The notes under the pieces were generated by a model, which ran no database searches, was not told the origin of the DNA, and worked only from the letters and a program-made list of their open reading frames with translations. The position numbers and the translations under genes are program-made. Positions 10,741 to 24,840 of a stretch of 57,112 nucleotides of DNA are shown one piece after another. Source of the stretch: Octopus bimaculoides (lineage: Eukaryota); assembly GCF_001194135.2 (NCBI RefSeq), contig NC_068983.1, positions 76,664,819-76,721,930 of the forward strand. The letters are read 5' to 3'. Position 1 is the first letter of the stretch. The number at the start of each line of letters is the position of its first letter.

Positions 10741-13700
10741 GTATGTTTTGCCAATTATTGGAGATTGTATACTTCATTCCCTTGTATCGTGCTTTCAGAG
10801 TCCTCGTATATCAGCGCTTCTTTGACTACTCTTCTCACATTTTGTATGAATCCTTCAACAAGCCTCAGTATAATCATCATCTCCTTGATTCCAGTCTAAG
10901 CTGAACTGTTTTAGCTTTTTGTCATGTTGAGATGTTGAACAATGGCCGAAACATTAATCACCTTTATGTAAAATGAATGTATTAACTAATGAGAATTTGT
11001 TTCAAATTACAATATATCACTAAACTGGTTTGCAGAAATATAGTCCGTTTACCATGTGTAACTATCCTTATCTAAGGCTATACGAAATATCGCAGGGTTA
11101 TGAACTCGGTACCAAGAAGTCCATATGTTCAGAATATTACCCAGTCAGCCGCTGCATGTCTACATAGCATTTCTGTGTAAGTAAGCAGGAAGAAAATATA
11201 GTTCTGCTGTTTGGAAAGTTGTAATTCAATCTATTCAGAATAAATCGATTCATAGCTAAACTAGTGAGGTATAAATCATGTTAAACCAAGCTTAGTTATC
11301 GATATTGTAAGAAAAATAATCTAATGTACAGTAAAATATAATCCATCAGAAACATTTACAACCTAACCTTTCACACTTTATTCTGTTGTCCAATGAAGAT
11401 ATATTTCTGCTGTACACCACAGTGATCAGTCATGCTCAGTTGGTTTACCTAACTAATGGATCAGGTCAGCTTAATTTACCAATATAAATGTACTTCAGTG
11501 CAGATCAGTGTGCTGCAATATATTATATATTTATATAAAATATAATGAACAAACACACTGAAGTGAAGCTCCGTAGTGTCTGAATAGGAAATTACAGAGT
11601 TAACATAGGGTCTAATTCTATCAATCTGTCCGCGATGTTTAATATAAATTTGTTATTCATAGCAGGAATCTGCTCAAAGTGTGTATTAATGATATTATTG
11701 CAGTCATGTTTAAGTGCTTGTTGCCTGCTTGTTAAGTAATATAGCACACTCTATACTTCACTAATAGATTTAATCTTATCTGTGCAAAGAAATTCTAAAA
11801 TAAATTAAAAAAAAAGAACAAGGAAAGAAAGAAATCATGTAAGTTACACTCAAAACAGGAAGTAACAGATAACAATATATTGTTCAAAATTCTGACATGT
11901 TTCAAGTTTGATGTATTAATGGAAGTCATGTGTGAAATACCAATTTATTGGTAATTACATTATTGATTTATTTTGGCTACTGTAAGAGACAGACATGGAA
12001 GCTATGTGGTTAAGTTATTGCAGAAACACTTTGTAATCTTTTAATGCTCGCGCTAACTTTACAGGGTAGAGAGAAAACAAAGCGCATATCTTTACTAGGT
12101 AATACGACTATGCAAATTGCGATTATTTTAATCCAAACGGCCAATAGCATTTATAATATATGCTGAAAACGAAATAGCTGCTAAGAAATGAATACAATCA
12201 AATGAATCGCTTAGAGTTCATGGTTCTTGCTTATTGTATTAATCAGAAAAGAAGTATACAGGAGATCATTGAATTCTGAAAAAAAAAAAATTAGTTATTT
12301 CAATATTTTCTAACTCATTATATCTACAAAAAATATTGACATCTTATGACCTAAACACAAGGTCAATTTACATAGGTGAAATGCAAATTCACACATACAC
12401 GCACACACACACATACACATGCACACGCACATGGCATATGTTTGGGAAAAACAACACCAATGTAATTTTGTAATTTTACTATTTATATCTTCAATATAAC
12501 TCAAGCTGGATCTTATTCAGAACACAGAAGAACGAAAGTAAATTCTCTCAGGCAATTCATCCAACACTGCTATTTTTGTTATTCTATTAAAGTGTACTAA
12601 TACCAAAATGTTTCGTTATTCTGCAAGATTAACTTATAAGCATTATATTTCTAATTTTAACTCTGCTTCAAACGATATGTTTTCTGACCATGTTCCTGTG
12701 TCCTATTTCTTTCTCATATGATTGCGTGTACATACGCTATTTTTATTATTTTGCTTAGTCAAATACGCAATACTATTTTTAATGCAAGGATTGCAATACA
12801 ATACAAGCTAAAAAATCATAATTTCTCTATCAGAAAGGATTTAAATCATTACCATGAGACATGTTGCAGAAATACCGAGGCATTCAAGTTAGTATTCACT
12901 TCTCAAATGTGCACTGTAACAGATATTTTTATCGCTGTTACGTTGTCTCGGTTTCATCTTTAGCTACACAGAACATCAATGCCACATCGAACATATCGAC
13001 CTTATATAAATGTACTGCGAAAATAGTGGGACGAACATGTGACCTACACAATCTAACGCTTTTGTTGCCAGTAATTCAGAAAACATAAAATGCATACACC
13101 GCACTTAAAACACTACATATAAATGTCTAAATCACAAGGCATTACCTATTATACCTCATCATACACAAATATATATAACACATGCAAATATGTAACAAAT
13201 AGAGAAATCTGTGGGACAAAATAAAAGTATTGACATACACATGCATGATGTTCACCAGGTTCGATATACACATGGAAACAACACATTCGATCAGATATTA
13301 TGTTGTTTATATTATGCAATCGGTAATGACTTGGGTTCCAAATTCTTCACGTCAAGTAAGAGCAATTACAAGCGTCGAAAGTTAGGACACTTTCTATCAT
13401 ACAAAGCTTCACATATCCCAAATTTATCTATCCCCTTCAAAATGAAAGATATATATTGAAAACTGAAGTGAATTACCACAGCTAGCCCTTTGGTTGCACA
13501 ATCACAACGCCGAAACGCCTAAGTAAACCTATAACGCCATATGCATATTGGATATTATTCTAAGAATAATGTCCTTTCACTTCAGTCCGGAAATAGACCA
13601 GAAACATTTGGAAAAATAGCAGCAGTGTATGCCAACTCATTTGGTTAATATACTATAGTGGAATGCGTACTACTAACACTCGTAATAAAATACAAATCGA

Positions 13701-14345
13701 TACTGCCAATGTAAGGAACACATTCCAAAAAATCCACACAACACCTGTTAACCACTCAATGCTGTAGCTCATGTTGCTAGAAATAGCAACGAAATTTCCC
13801 TTAAATCACAATTTGTCACCTTCAAAGGAAAAGACAGTTTGCTTAAAATCTATCTAGATATTCTATAAAGAAGGAATTACATGTTCAATACTATCGTTGG
13901 TATAAGCAACAAATTTAGAAGCCACTACATGTCGATGTCCTTTGCATGGTATCTATATAGGCAGAGACATATTACTTGTCGTATGGAAAATAAATTATAG
14001 GAAGTTGTTTGGAAAATCCACTCTCTTTCTTTAGGTTTCGTCAACAAAATAATGTAGCAGCATAAATAGCAGTAGCAGCAACAACGGAAAGGTCTACTTA
14101 TCACCTCCGTGTTATAGTCAACAATGCCCACTATGTTGTCAAGTAGAACTAGTGCACCTTATTGTAATTCATTAGGAAAAAGTGAAAAATATTTTGTATT
14201 AATTTCATTGACTTTTAGCCGAATATTGGGTCACAGGTTCCTTTTACAAAATATATCTCAATATTATTTGGTAACTTTTTGTTGTTGTAATGGCTAAATA
14301 AAAAATTGCAGTAGGTCGATATGGGTCGTAGGTGAGCTCCTTAAA

Positions 14346-14573
14346 GGTGTCATCTTTCCAATTTTCTCCTCCTTTGTACTACTACACCTCGAATACTGCT
14401 GCCCCCTGTGTTCTCCTCATACAAAACAAAACATCTCGAAAATTGAATCACCCCAGAGGGCATTCACTAAACGAATTAAGAGCATGACTGATCTTGATTA
14501 TTGGGACCGCCCTAAAGCCTTGAATCACTACTCTCTCCGACGCCGCCGCGAGCGGTACAACATTTGCAATATT
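14346..14573 (+). mobile_element. CR1/L2-type LINE RT C-terminal fragment
   Basis: Open 76-codon frame without ATG: GVIFPIFSSFVLLHLEYCCPLCSPHTKQNISKIESPQRAFTKRIKSMTDLDYWDRPKALNHYSLRRRRERYNICNI, matching the LEYC..WSP..K..I..IE.VQRxFTK..Y.ERL..L..YSLxRRRER pattern. Confidence 0.85.
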
Positions 14574-14985
14574 TCAACTTCTCAATCTATATTTCCACTA
14601 GACCTAGCATTTGTTAATCTGTAGTTATTTACCATGTAAAAATCTAAAATACTACTTGCATAGACTACAATATTGAAAATTAAATTTAGAGAACAATGTC
14701 CGATAGCATCAACGAAAACGAGGGATGAGAAAGAAGCAGATAAGTAGATAAAGAGAATAAAAAGGATGGCAAAAAAGAGAATTACGAAATAACAGTAATA
14801 AAAAGCAAATGTGATATATGGGTAAATATCGCGTTCCACGTCAACATAAAATTCTCAATTATCATGTAATTTATTATTTGCTTGTCAATTAGACCTGCCA
14901 TGAAGGTTTTAATGCCTACGTCATTGTATTGTACAGTGTATGTATGTATGAATGTATGTATAGTTATAAAAGGAGTAACTTAAAC

Positions 14986-14999
<14 letters not shown>

Positions 15000-15016
<17 letters not shown>

Positions 15017-15289
15017 GTATGCGCGTGTGTGTGAGTGTCTATATCTATCCGTATGTATGTATGTATATATATATGTATATATATATGTATATAAGANNNN
15101 NNNNNNNNNNNNNNNNNNNNNNNNNNNNNNNNNNNNNNNNNNNNNNNNNNNNNNNNNNNNNNNNNNNNNNNNNNNNNNNNNNNNNNNNNNNNNNNNNNNN
15201 NNNNNNNNNNNNNNNNNNNNNNNNNNNNNNNNNNNNNNNNNNNNNNNNNNNNNNNNNNNNNNNNNNNNNNNNNNNNNNNNNNNNNNNNN

Positions 15290-15332
<43 letters not shown>

Positions 15333-15350
15333 GTGTGTGTGTGTTTGTGT
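15000..15350. repeat. Compound TA/TG microsatellite spanning N gap 15097-15289
   Basis: Directly visible. Confidence 0.95.
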
Positions 15351-16049
15351 GTTTCCATATGTGATATATGTGTGAGGTGTTTATGTGTGTGGTGTTTATT
15401 TTTGTGTATCTAATCTTGTGCTACACATATGCACCAGGGAAGTGTTTCTACATCTGAATTCCAAATAATTTCACAAAATCATTTTAGTCATTAAAAAAGT
15501 ACGAAAACTGTTTCGGTCTTTTTCGTTTATTTTCTGGTCGTATTCAGTAGATTTAAGACATTTCGGAAAAGTTACTGAAGCAAATTTTAAGTGTTATTTA
15601 ATGATTGAAAATTTCTCTTCCGTTATAATTATTTGTAAATTACAAGCTTGAGATAATGAATTTAGAAGATAATTTAGAGCCCACAGTTGTGTGAACGTAG
15701 CTAAGAAGGCCCGCTAAATTTCTAGTCGCCAATACGTAAAGTTGATTCGCGATTTATGGAAAACATTCGTCTCTTCTAGAATACAAAAACAACTGCTTAG
15801 GGAATGAAACCCCAAAATTGAAGAATGGGTTGGAATTGAATGTTAATGGAAATAAGAAAATTAAAAATATTCCATTTACTACATTCCATATCCACATACC
15901 ATAACTACAATGGAAGGAGAACAACATAAGTCAAACAGGCGCTAACTAATACAGTGGTATTATTTTCCAGCTAAATAAAGCACAGTAAAGATAGAATTAT
16001 AAATAGGAAATATTGTATTGAAAATAATACTACTGCATTGTAATAATAT

Positions 16050-16088
<39 letters not shown>

Positions 16089-16090
<2 letters not shown>

Positions 16091-16310
16091 GCAATCCAAA
16101 CATGAACAAGCAAAAAAAACACGAAAAAACAACAACGTGAGGACGTGGAATAAGTACATTGTTACTGGGCGCTCAGGAAAGGAAAGGAAAGAAAAGAAAG
16201 GGGTTTTCACGTCTGGAGCGCAGCTTTTCTTCAGAAATCAAGACAAAATCCAAAGAAGGGAAGACGGAGAAAGAAAATCGCCAACGATACACACGCGATC
16301 ACATATTGAT
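16089..16310 (-). mobile_element. Penelope-like-element terminal remnant with degenerate hammerhead motif
   Basis: Minus strand CTGAAGA-A-AAGC-TGC-GCTC-CAGA-CGTG (16208-16234): the 5' core is intact and GAAA is decayed. The element abuts a (TA)n tract. Confidence 0.5.
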
Positions 16311-17713
16311 ATATATAGTATGTGTGTGTGTGTGTGTGTGTGTGCGTTTGTGCGTAAGTACAATACCAAATAAAGCAGTCGGAGAGCTTCTTACAATAAG
16401 ACAATTGAAAGACAAACCAACACGTTCATCTTCTCACTTTAACATTTTTCAGAAAGTTAACCTTGGTGAGTGATATATTTACTGTATCTTTATTACATTA
16501 TTTTATGTCTTGCAATTTGTTAGGTGGTGGAATCTATTTCGGATGACATATCAGGAAATGTTTGCCAGTCGGCCAATAATCTGAAAAACTCTATGCTTAT
16601 AATATTTCTCACTGTTGCTGCTTTAGAATATTTGAGAACATCATTAATATTAACGACCAGATTCTGTTTACTCTAAATATGTATCAATATCTGATATCAA
16701 CTATTTTTGAACAGGTTTCAGACATAATTCCTTTCTAAATTATTAATTACTACGTTGAATACTTTATTGGAAATTTCATTGGAATAACAATTTTGAAAAA
16801 TTGACAAATAAATAATGGTTATTGGAAGAGTAATTTCATTTTCTATGATATTCAATTGATTACTTCACTGTAGCATCAATATTTCTCTCTATGTAATAGT
16901 ATTCTTAATCGACATTCTGTATTTACATTCATGAATGCAGAAATATTTATACGCTTAAATACTCGCACATTTTTTTTATCACTGATCTTCAGAATCTCAT
17001 TGCAACTCAAGACATTTAGCCATGCAATGATAACAATATATAGTACATAATTCAGTTTTGGCTAAAATATTCTAGATATATTACATTGTATTACATTCTG
17101 TCATCTGATGTTAATAAGAAAAAAAACATCAATAACAATATATGATAATTGCTCTGTCTTTATTCTGCATCTTCAAAGAAAATAAAATGGAACATTACCC
17201 AGTTAAGGAACTTTTGGTGTTATCGTGACCTGGTTGAAATAGTAAATATATATCGTTTAAAACACATCCTACCGTTTGAAAAAGTAAGTATACATCTAGT
17301 TGCAGTGAGATTGTGCAAATTTAAACAAAGAGAATATATTGAGCATGAATAATGTGCAATGATGAGGATACAACAGCTTAGCTTCTGGTGACATCTATCT
17401 TGAGTAATATCATAGTCAAAATATATAAGTAAAATTTATTTAGATATTTTCCTACTCAGTTGGTTAAATGTAACGCCGTTCATTACATGTCTCCAACGGA
17501 TAGATCAATGTTTCAATGCATTTATGAAGCAAAGTGAGAAATATGTGCGTAGTGCGTACTATAAAAATAAAGAATATCGTGCGCAATGGAGTGGGGATTC
17601 AAATGTCTCGTTAAGGTTCAATTCCTTTGGTGATTCTACAGACACACACACACACATACACATATACATTCATATATAATTATACACACACATACACATA
17701 TATTATATTATAT

Positions 17714-17756
<43 letters not shown>

Positions 17757-19160
17757 ATTCTATGTATATATGAGATAAATTTACTTTACTTAATGCTTGT
17801 GAAACCTATGCTTTTGAAAGCAAGCACGTGAATATATTAATTACTCTGTTTTATTTTTAGTGTATTTATATTTGTTTAATTCCAAGGGTAGTGATTTGAA
17901 ACTGAGCAACAGCTAATGTTAATTGGCAATTTCAATATTCAATCTTCTGGATTGCGTTTTGTACAGATTTGGTTGGGATTGCTTTTTAGTAAATCTAAGT
18001 ACACAGGAACACCGCTATCGTTCTTTCTATTTCGACATTTCATTTTCCTTCTTTTTAAGCTAATTTCTTTGATAGTTAATTAGACAACGCTCTAACTGAA
18101 TGCTGTGTAGAATTAATTATTTACATTTAGTAGACTATTTTCAGCATTAAATTTTAGACTTTCAAATGTCACGAAAATCGATTTCTCTTAAATTTCATGT
18201 TTAATATATCAAATAATTTTTAACATGGAAATGGTTCAACTGAATCTGTGACACACTTAAATATACGAGGCATTTATTAGGACAGATAAATACTCTGATG
18301 ACAAATCTACAGATATATGTATTTGTGTGTGTGTGTGTGTGTGTATGTGTGTGTGTGTATGTTTGCATGTGTGCGTATGTAACGAAGGTGTTTGATACCT
18401 TATGAACACAAATTTCGTATTCATGTCAAATTATGACCAGCGATCGATTTTTGTATTGTTAGGAGTATTAAAATACTGTTTAAAAATGCATCACCACTCC
18501 AACATTTCAATTGTAAACATTTATATATAATTCATAATATAAACCACGAACAAAATGTATATATAAACAAATAAAAGAGAAGCTCCATTAGCTTCCTCTA
18601 ATAATATGAAAACTTTGTGATATTTTTAAGACTTAAGTTTGCTTTGTGTGAACCACAATATTAATTCAACAACGTTGTACATATACACCTGAGTCAATGA
18701 AAAGTCAGTTTTACAGTGTATCACATCATTTTATTTGTGGTGTATTTAAAATTCTTTTTTGTTTACAATAGACAATTTTATTTTGAATTATGTTATATTT
18801 TGCGACATAAAAATGCACCATCTCTGGAGCAATTAATGCAAGAGATAAGCGTTCTGCGCGGTACGAAAAGGTGTACACTTGTTAATAATACCATTAGTAT
18901 TAGAGTCAATTGGATAGTTAGGTAGTTAGCCAATTTCTTTGTGCCTAAATGAATACATATGTTAAAATAATCTTTTTCGTTATTGTACTTGTGGTCAGCC
19001 TTTATTCGCAAAAGTTATATCAGCTTGAAAATCCACTGTTACATTTATTAACTTTTCTACGTTATGGAAGACAGATATAAGTGCTTCTATATATTTCAAA
19101 ATGATAAGTGTCAATGTTTCTACACATCAAAATGATAACGGATCATAATATTCAGAATTA

Positions 19161-19505
19161 CAAGGTGCAGTCCAGAAGGTTGTAGCCAATTCTAATCTCC
19201 TTCACAGGAAGATCCTCTGATTACGATGTTCTTCTTGTAGGCTTCCATCACTTCGTGAAAGTCCTACGGAAGTCCTACAAAATGAAGGTATCCAGGACCC
19301 TTGTCACAACCGCCTATATTTTTTTCAAAATAATTGTCCTTCATATTCCCCTTCAGCTTGGGGAACAACCAAAAGTCACTGGAAATAAAATAGAAGTAGA
19401 AGCAGTGAGGGACAGTTTCGATGCTCATTTCTGTCAGAAAGATGTAGTTGGTTATCAGGATGTTCGTCACTGAGGACCCCGATAACAAATTCTTCTCTCA
19501 TAGAA
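19161..19505 (-). mobile_element. Mariner 3' remnant with one TIR
   Basis: Minus strand ITNYIFLTEMSIETVPHC..SSDFWLFPKLKGNM (YSPDLAPxD region), then VTRVLDTF and the C-terminus. It ends in a TA-flanked TIR-like TACAAGGTGCAGTCCAGAAGG. Confidence 0.75.
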
Positions 19506-19700
19506 CACATTAACCACTATATTAATAAGGCCAAAAGTTGTGATCTTTGCCTATTGAAGAAATGTGACAGCTAAATAATGCCCATTCGAGCCTCAACCAT
19601 ATATTGGAATTTGGAATTCTTCCAATCACATCCATTCATATGTATTGAGATATGGCTAAAACGAAATCGGTGAAAATATTTTATTCTCTGTATAACAGAT

Positions 19701-19855
19701 ACCTGTCCAGGGTATCATGCGCATCCACAGATGGCGGATAGAGAAACCGCTTCCAGATATGGACGTTAGATGCGAATAAGCAAATACGCTGCCGCGGACC
19801 ATAGACACCAAGCCGGTAGGAGTGGCTGGGAGCGGATACTCACGACACTCACTTC
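19701..19855 (+). mobile_element. Probable RTE-clade LINE 5' region fragment
   Basis: GCGCATCCACAGATGGCGGATAGAGAAACCGCTTCCAGATATGGACGTTAGATGCGAATA resembles the RTE 5' leader motif as I recall it (GCGCGTCCTCAGGTTGCGGA..CCTCCAGATATGGAGGGTAGCTGCGAATA). Not database-checked. Confidence 0.4.
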
Positions 19856-19920
19856 AAATACAAGGGGTATTTTCCTTGGTTCTGCCTGTCTCTCTCTCTC
19901 TCTCTCTTGTTTACTCTTGG

Positions 19921-20008
19921 AGAAGAAGAAGAAGAAGAAGAAGAAGAAGAAGAAGAAGAAGAAGAAGAAGAAGAAGAAGAAGAAGAAGAAGAAGAAGAAG
20001 AAGAAGAA
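19921..20008. repeat. (GAA)n microsatellite, ~29 units
   Basis: Directly visible; it explains the poly-K and poly-R ORFs. Confidence 0.97.
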
Positions 20009-20028
20009 AAGAATGCGGAAGTACTATG

Positions 20029-21921
20029 ATAGAAGTAGAATGTTAAATGGTCAAGTGTCCTGAAAGTGACTTGTTGTGGACGGTAGTAGTGATTGAATTC
20101 TTGAGATAACTCTTCTGAATGTATTGTTTATAACTGCTTAGGTATTATTCTAAACAGCAGTAGTAGTAAAGTAAGGAAGGAGGTGGCGGAGAGGAAGAAG
20201 AAGACGAAGAAGGAAACATAATAATTAGAGAATGCAGGATGGTAGGATAGTAGTAGGATTTTAAATGGTCAAGTGGGCTAAAAGTGTCTCGTTGTGGATT
20301 ATAGCAGTGATTGGGACTGTTTTTAATGAATTCTTGGGTATCTCTTTTGAAAGTATCACTTTTAATAATTGCGTGTGTGTTTATTCTAAGGTTGTGGTGG
20401 ATATGTCATTTGTTGTGGATGCGTTGTAAAGGGGTCTGTATTTTGTCATAAAGAGTGACTCTTTACTAATTTGTTAGCTACAGGTTGGTTCGTCCCTGAA
20501 TTGATAGAGGGGAAAACTTATGAAGCTTGGATTTTTCTTATTGGCGCAAATGTCGATGTGTTGGCTGAATGCTATTTCTATGTTTTTTTGGAATTTTGAT
20601 CTGGGATCTGTACAGAGCCATCCTTTGACGTAGACTGTTTTGTGTTGGGCCGATGTATTGCTCTTGACACCCAGAGCAGGTTAGTGTATATATCAGGTTC
20701 TCCAAAGTAGATGTGAAGCTGCTTTTCACTGTGAAACGTTGTCCCTGTTTGAAGGATAAAAGTGATCCCCCAATCAAATTCACACATATCTCACAGTTGG
20801 ATATTCCGCATTTTTTTTACTGACGGTTTCAGTGTTGCAGTTGAGCGTATTTGGGCTTGTGTTAGGAGACTTTTCATAGATTTGGTCTGTCTCTTGCTTT
20901 TTTATGATGGTGTGTGTTTGGAGAATAGAGTTATTTCTGTGGTCCTTTTTTGCAGAGGAATGTTTTGAAGGATGGTGTTGAAGGCTTCATTGTTAAGAGG
21001 ATTGTGTGTGGAGATGTATGGTAGGGCTTTTGGTTGTAAATCCTTCTTTAATCTTGGATGTTTGAGTTCGTGGCTACTGAGTTGTAGGGCATGTTGAAAG
21101 CATATGTCAATTAGTGAAGGTGGGTAGTTCCTGGTGATGAGTGTATACTTTACTTCATGTAGTAATGTGTCCCATTTGCTTGCATTAGAAACTATAGTAC
21201 ATATCCTTTTCGCTTGGTTGAAGGGATATTCATTCTGGTGTGACTATGGTGGCATTAATCGAACGGTAGATATTGCTTGGAGTCCGTGGACTTATAGTAT
21301 ATATCTGCTTCTTTTACGTTGTTAGATTTCTTATTGAGGATGTCGAGGAAGAGTCTGTTTATCGCTATATTCCATCGTGAATTGAATGTCTACGTCAAAT
21401 CCATTTATAAGTGCTTGAAATTCTTTAGGTCTCTCTATATTTTTATGCCAAAGAATGAAACAGTCATCCAGGTATCGCTTCCGGTTATTTTCTATGTAGA
21501 GGGAGAATGGGCTGCCGTATTTTTCTAGAGCCTTATGATAAAAACTGATTTCTAGATATCCCATGACTAGGTTAGCAAAGGAGGGGGCCATTCTCGGGCC
21601 CATCGAAGTCCCCGAATCATGTCGATAGTTGTCTTTGAAGAGAAAGTAGTTATTCTCGAAGATAAATATTAGCCCTTCTATCACGAATTCTTTTTTCATG
21701 CGATGTAGGAGTTCGTTGCCGTAACTCTCTAACCAGAATTGAATATTGCCTCTATTCCTAGGTTGTGGTGGATATTGGAATAAATGTTAACTACATCGAA
21801 GGATACTATTAGTAGGTTATTGTTCATTGTTTCAGGAAAGTGATTGAGCATATCCAGGTGGTCACTTATGTAGCTTTTGACATGCTTGAGAAATGGTTTT
21901 AAGATGGTATCTAAAAGTAAT
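20029..21921 (-). mobile_element. Penelope-like retroelement (RT + GIY-YIG), 5'-truncated pseudogene with 3' UTR
   Basis: Minus strand in order: LDTILKPFLKHVKSYI..VSFDVVNIYSNIHHNLGIEAI; GTSMGPRMAPSFANLVMGYLE; RYLDDCFILW; NQAKRICTIVSN; NLIYTLTCSGCQEQYIGPTQNSLRQRM (GIY-YIG with CxxC); KESLFMTKYRPLYN (~20421). Confidence 0.92.
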
Positions 21922-21938
21922 ACAAACACACACACACA

Positions 21939-21984
<46 letters not shown>

Positions 21985-23158
21985 TATATATATGTATATA
22001 TCATCATCATCAAAATAAAACACAGTGCAACAACACATTTATAAATAATTCTTTGTTAAAACTATCATTGGCTTTGCTCAAGTTGACATCAGTATGTTCT
22101 GAGACTATATGTGTGGATAAATTTGTAAGTTCAATGACAAGTTCATATTTTTTCTTTTATCTGTATCAGTAAGCTACTCTCCGCCTTTTTATTTCTGTAG
22201 ATGGAATGATGATTATAATGTTGATGAGCTGATAAGGACTAACGAAATTAGTCTAACTTTTTCTTTATACCATTTTGCAGTGAGAACCGTTTGTATACTC
22301 GGTTTCTATCCTCCGAGCAATGATGCTAATTGTATCTTTATCAAACGTTCCTATTTAAAATATTTATCACGAAAACGTTTCTTAATATATATATATATAT
22401 ACAGTGAGAGAGGGAAAGAGAGAAAGAGTGAGAGATAGACTAGTATATGTATTTGTGCAATGTATGTAATGTATACACACAGTTTTCCTGTTTACCTATC
22501 AGACGCTGTCGCTATTATTCAGAGTAAGATTTAGGCTGCACAACTGACAGTATTCTTCTCTTAGATTCTACAAATGATAAATCATCGGAAGTTGTTTACA
22601 AATGAGAGCATGTTTACTATGTCTGACACTAGCTTTACGTCTTCAAAGAGAGTCTTATCACACTTCTAATATTGTAATGGTTATTTTGTTTTATTTTTTA
22701 CTTATATTGTAAAAGATGTTTCTGTTTATCTGATGCTTAGTCCAGATCTATTAGAATTGATGCTGTTAGCGTATTTTAGGGGAATGTAAAGCTACGGTAT
22801 ATGCTGGTGTCGCTTGTTTTTCTATCACTGATGTGAATTCTGTTTTCGTTGTCGAGTTCAGCTAGATATAAATGTTCGGTGTTGTGTAACATCCAACGAA
22901 CACACACCTGAAACTTAGGTACTTAACATATATAAGAACAGTCGATATCATGCATTGGATTTATTTTGTCTTGCAGTTCTTAATCGAATGAAGTCTAGAC
23001 ATGTTGCGCTTTCTGTTCTGTTCAGTAGATATAAGATTTTTGTTTCTGATGTTATTGCTTGGCACGTCTATAATCAAAATTATTTCAGCTTTGTCCATTC
23101 TATCTTATTAAGTGCATGTATGACTACATTAGTCTCTGTGTCCAGGACTCATATCATA

Positions 23159-23370
23159 ATCTTTTCTACGCTAGGCACAAGGCCCGACATTTTTAGGGGG
23201 GAGACCATCGATTAGATCGACCCAAGTACGCAGCTGGTACTTAATTTATCGACTCCGAACGGATGACATGCAAAGTCGACCGAGGCAAAATTTGAACTCA
23301 GAACGTAAATCAGACAAAATATCGCTAAGCATTCCGTCCGGCGTGCTAATATTTCTTCCAGCTCACCGCC
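23159..23370 (-). mobile_element. tRNA-derived SINE, family A (tail type 1)
   Basis: Reverse complement of the family A head, B-box and body, with tail CCTTGTGCCTAGCGTAGAAAAGA. Confidence 0.85.
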
Positions 23371-24840
23371 TTTGGGCTCATTTAATAATGTTACGTCATA
23401 AGCTTTGGAGATTTGGCAACTATTTCTAGTAAGTTAAATGATCAGGTAGAGATTACTCCATTGGTTCGTCTGCACATCATACGTCTGTAGATTTTCTTGG
23501 TGTCTACATGCAAGGTGGGCATGTTGGGCTCTCAGAACGAGATCGTTGTTGCACTCTGCACATAATGTTGATGGCTTCCTTATTTCTAAGCAATGTGTTT
23601 TATGTCTCTACTATTTCACTATTTATTCTTTAAGTTTCTGTACTGAACGAGGTAACGTTGCAGTAGTGTTCTGTGATGTCTCATGTGTGTCTGTCTGAGA
23701 GTGAATGGAACGAAGTGAATGAGACTGTGATGTTAGGAACTCGCTGTAATAATGATATTCTCCTCATATATGATAAATCCTTAATTTTAGAATTTAGTTC
23801 CATCTACTAAGCGCTCTACTGTAGTTTATGATACACTGTAATGCGTTGGTGTGCCTTTGTAGTTTGTTGTATTTATCTGGGGAGAAATTGGTGGCACAAG
23901 ATCAACAGACCATACACATCAATAGATAAAATACCTGTCCGCATAAGAATTTAGTTTTCATTAAGCGTACGTAATAAACTCAAGTGGTGAAGTTTGCTTG
24001 TGCAGTATTATGCATCTATCTTCTCTCTCTCCATGTTCTGTCAATTCAACCAATCCATAGCTACTTTTGGCGAACGATGATTACCATGTTTAACTAGATT
24101 GAAGGTGCTAGCATAAATATACTATCAAATAAAGGATCTCAGTTTGTGGCTGACGCTTATTTTATGAAAGTTGTAAAAGTGAACTTTGTGAGAAAAGAGT
24201 ATAACTAAATAAATCAAGGTTCATTTTCCCGTCATCCTGCTAATCCACCAACCAGCTGTTGAATTATTTATAGCTATAGCACTGAATATGGAATAACCAA
24301 ATTGAAGGTCTCAGTAACACGAAATCTGAGAACTAACATGTTGGTACATGAAACACAAGAGAAACTACATACAGATTTATATGCATTAGTCTGCTGCTTT
24401 AATTTGTCGTCTCTGTTCTAATTCAATATAGCATGTAATTCAATGTAATGTGATATAGCAAAGTCGTATGCAAAAATGACATTAGGTCTATATCAGAAGT
24501 AGAAAAATACATCTATAATTACTTCAAATATGTCTTCATTTCCCTATTTGAAATGCAAAAAGATCTTTATATCTTGAGAGGGCGTCTGCATATATCTTTC
24601 CCAAGTACATTCAACAGGTTTCGTAAAGAAATCGATTGGGGAAATAAAATGATTAGTGGGCTACAGATGACATACGTAGGAAGTGAGGTATTCCAAATTA
24701 TACCTAACCCTTGTAATTCAGTGCTAGCAGGAATTTTGTAAAACTCAGACAATCAGATTCACTATTTTCGCACAGCACCAACATACAAATTATATAATAC
24801 TCCTGATCGCGGTTGACGTGAAGAATGTTTATAGTATACA

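Noticed and set aside
10925-10955. GGCCGAAACATT (and GCCGAAACGCC at ~13510) as hammerhead 3' halves
   Set aside because: No convincing CUGAnGA core or stem II could be paired with them.
13211-13459. ORF containing GNDLGS (avidin N-terminal-like NxLGS)
   Set aside because: An isolated 5-residue match with no upstream Trp, lying downstream of the candidate avidin exon and so in the wrong order.
19770-20063. Poly-Lys and poly-Arg ORFs
   Set aside because: They are translations of the (GAA)n repeat.
24119-24296. ILSNKGSQFV..RHPANPQPAVELF resembling an LTR integrase core
   Set aside because: The catalytic Asp is missing, there is an internal stop, and no other LTR-element evidence lies nearby; too weak without a profile search.
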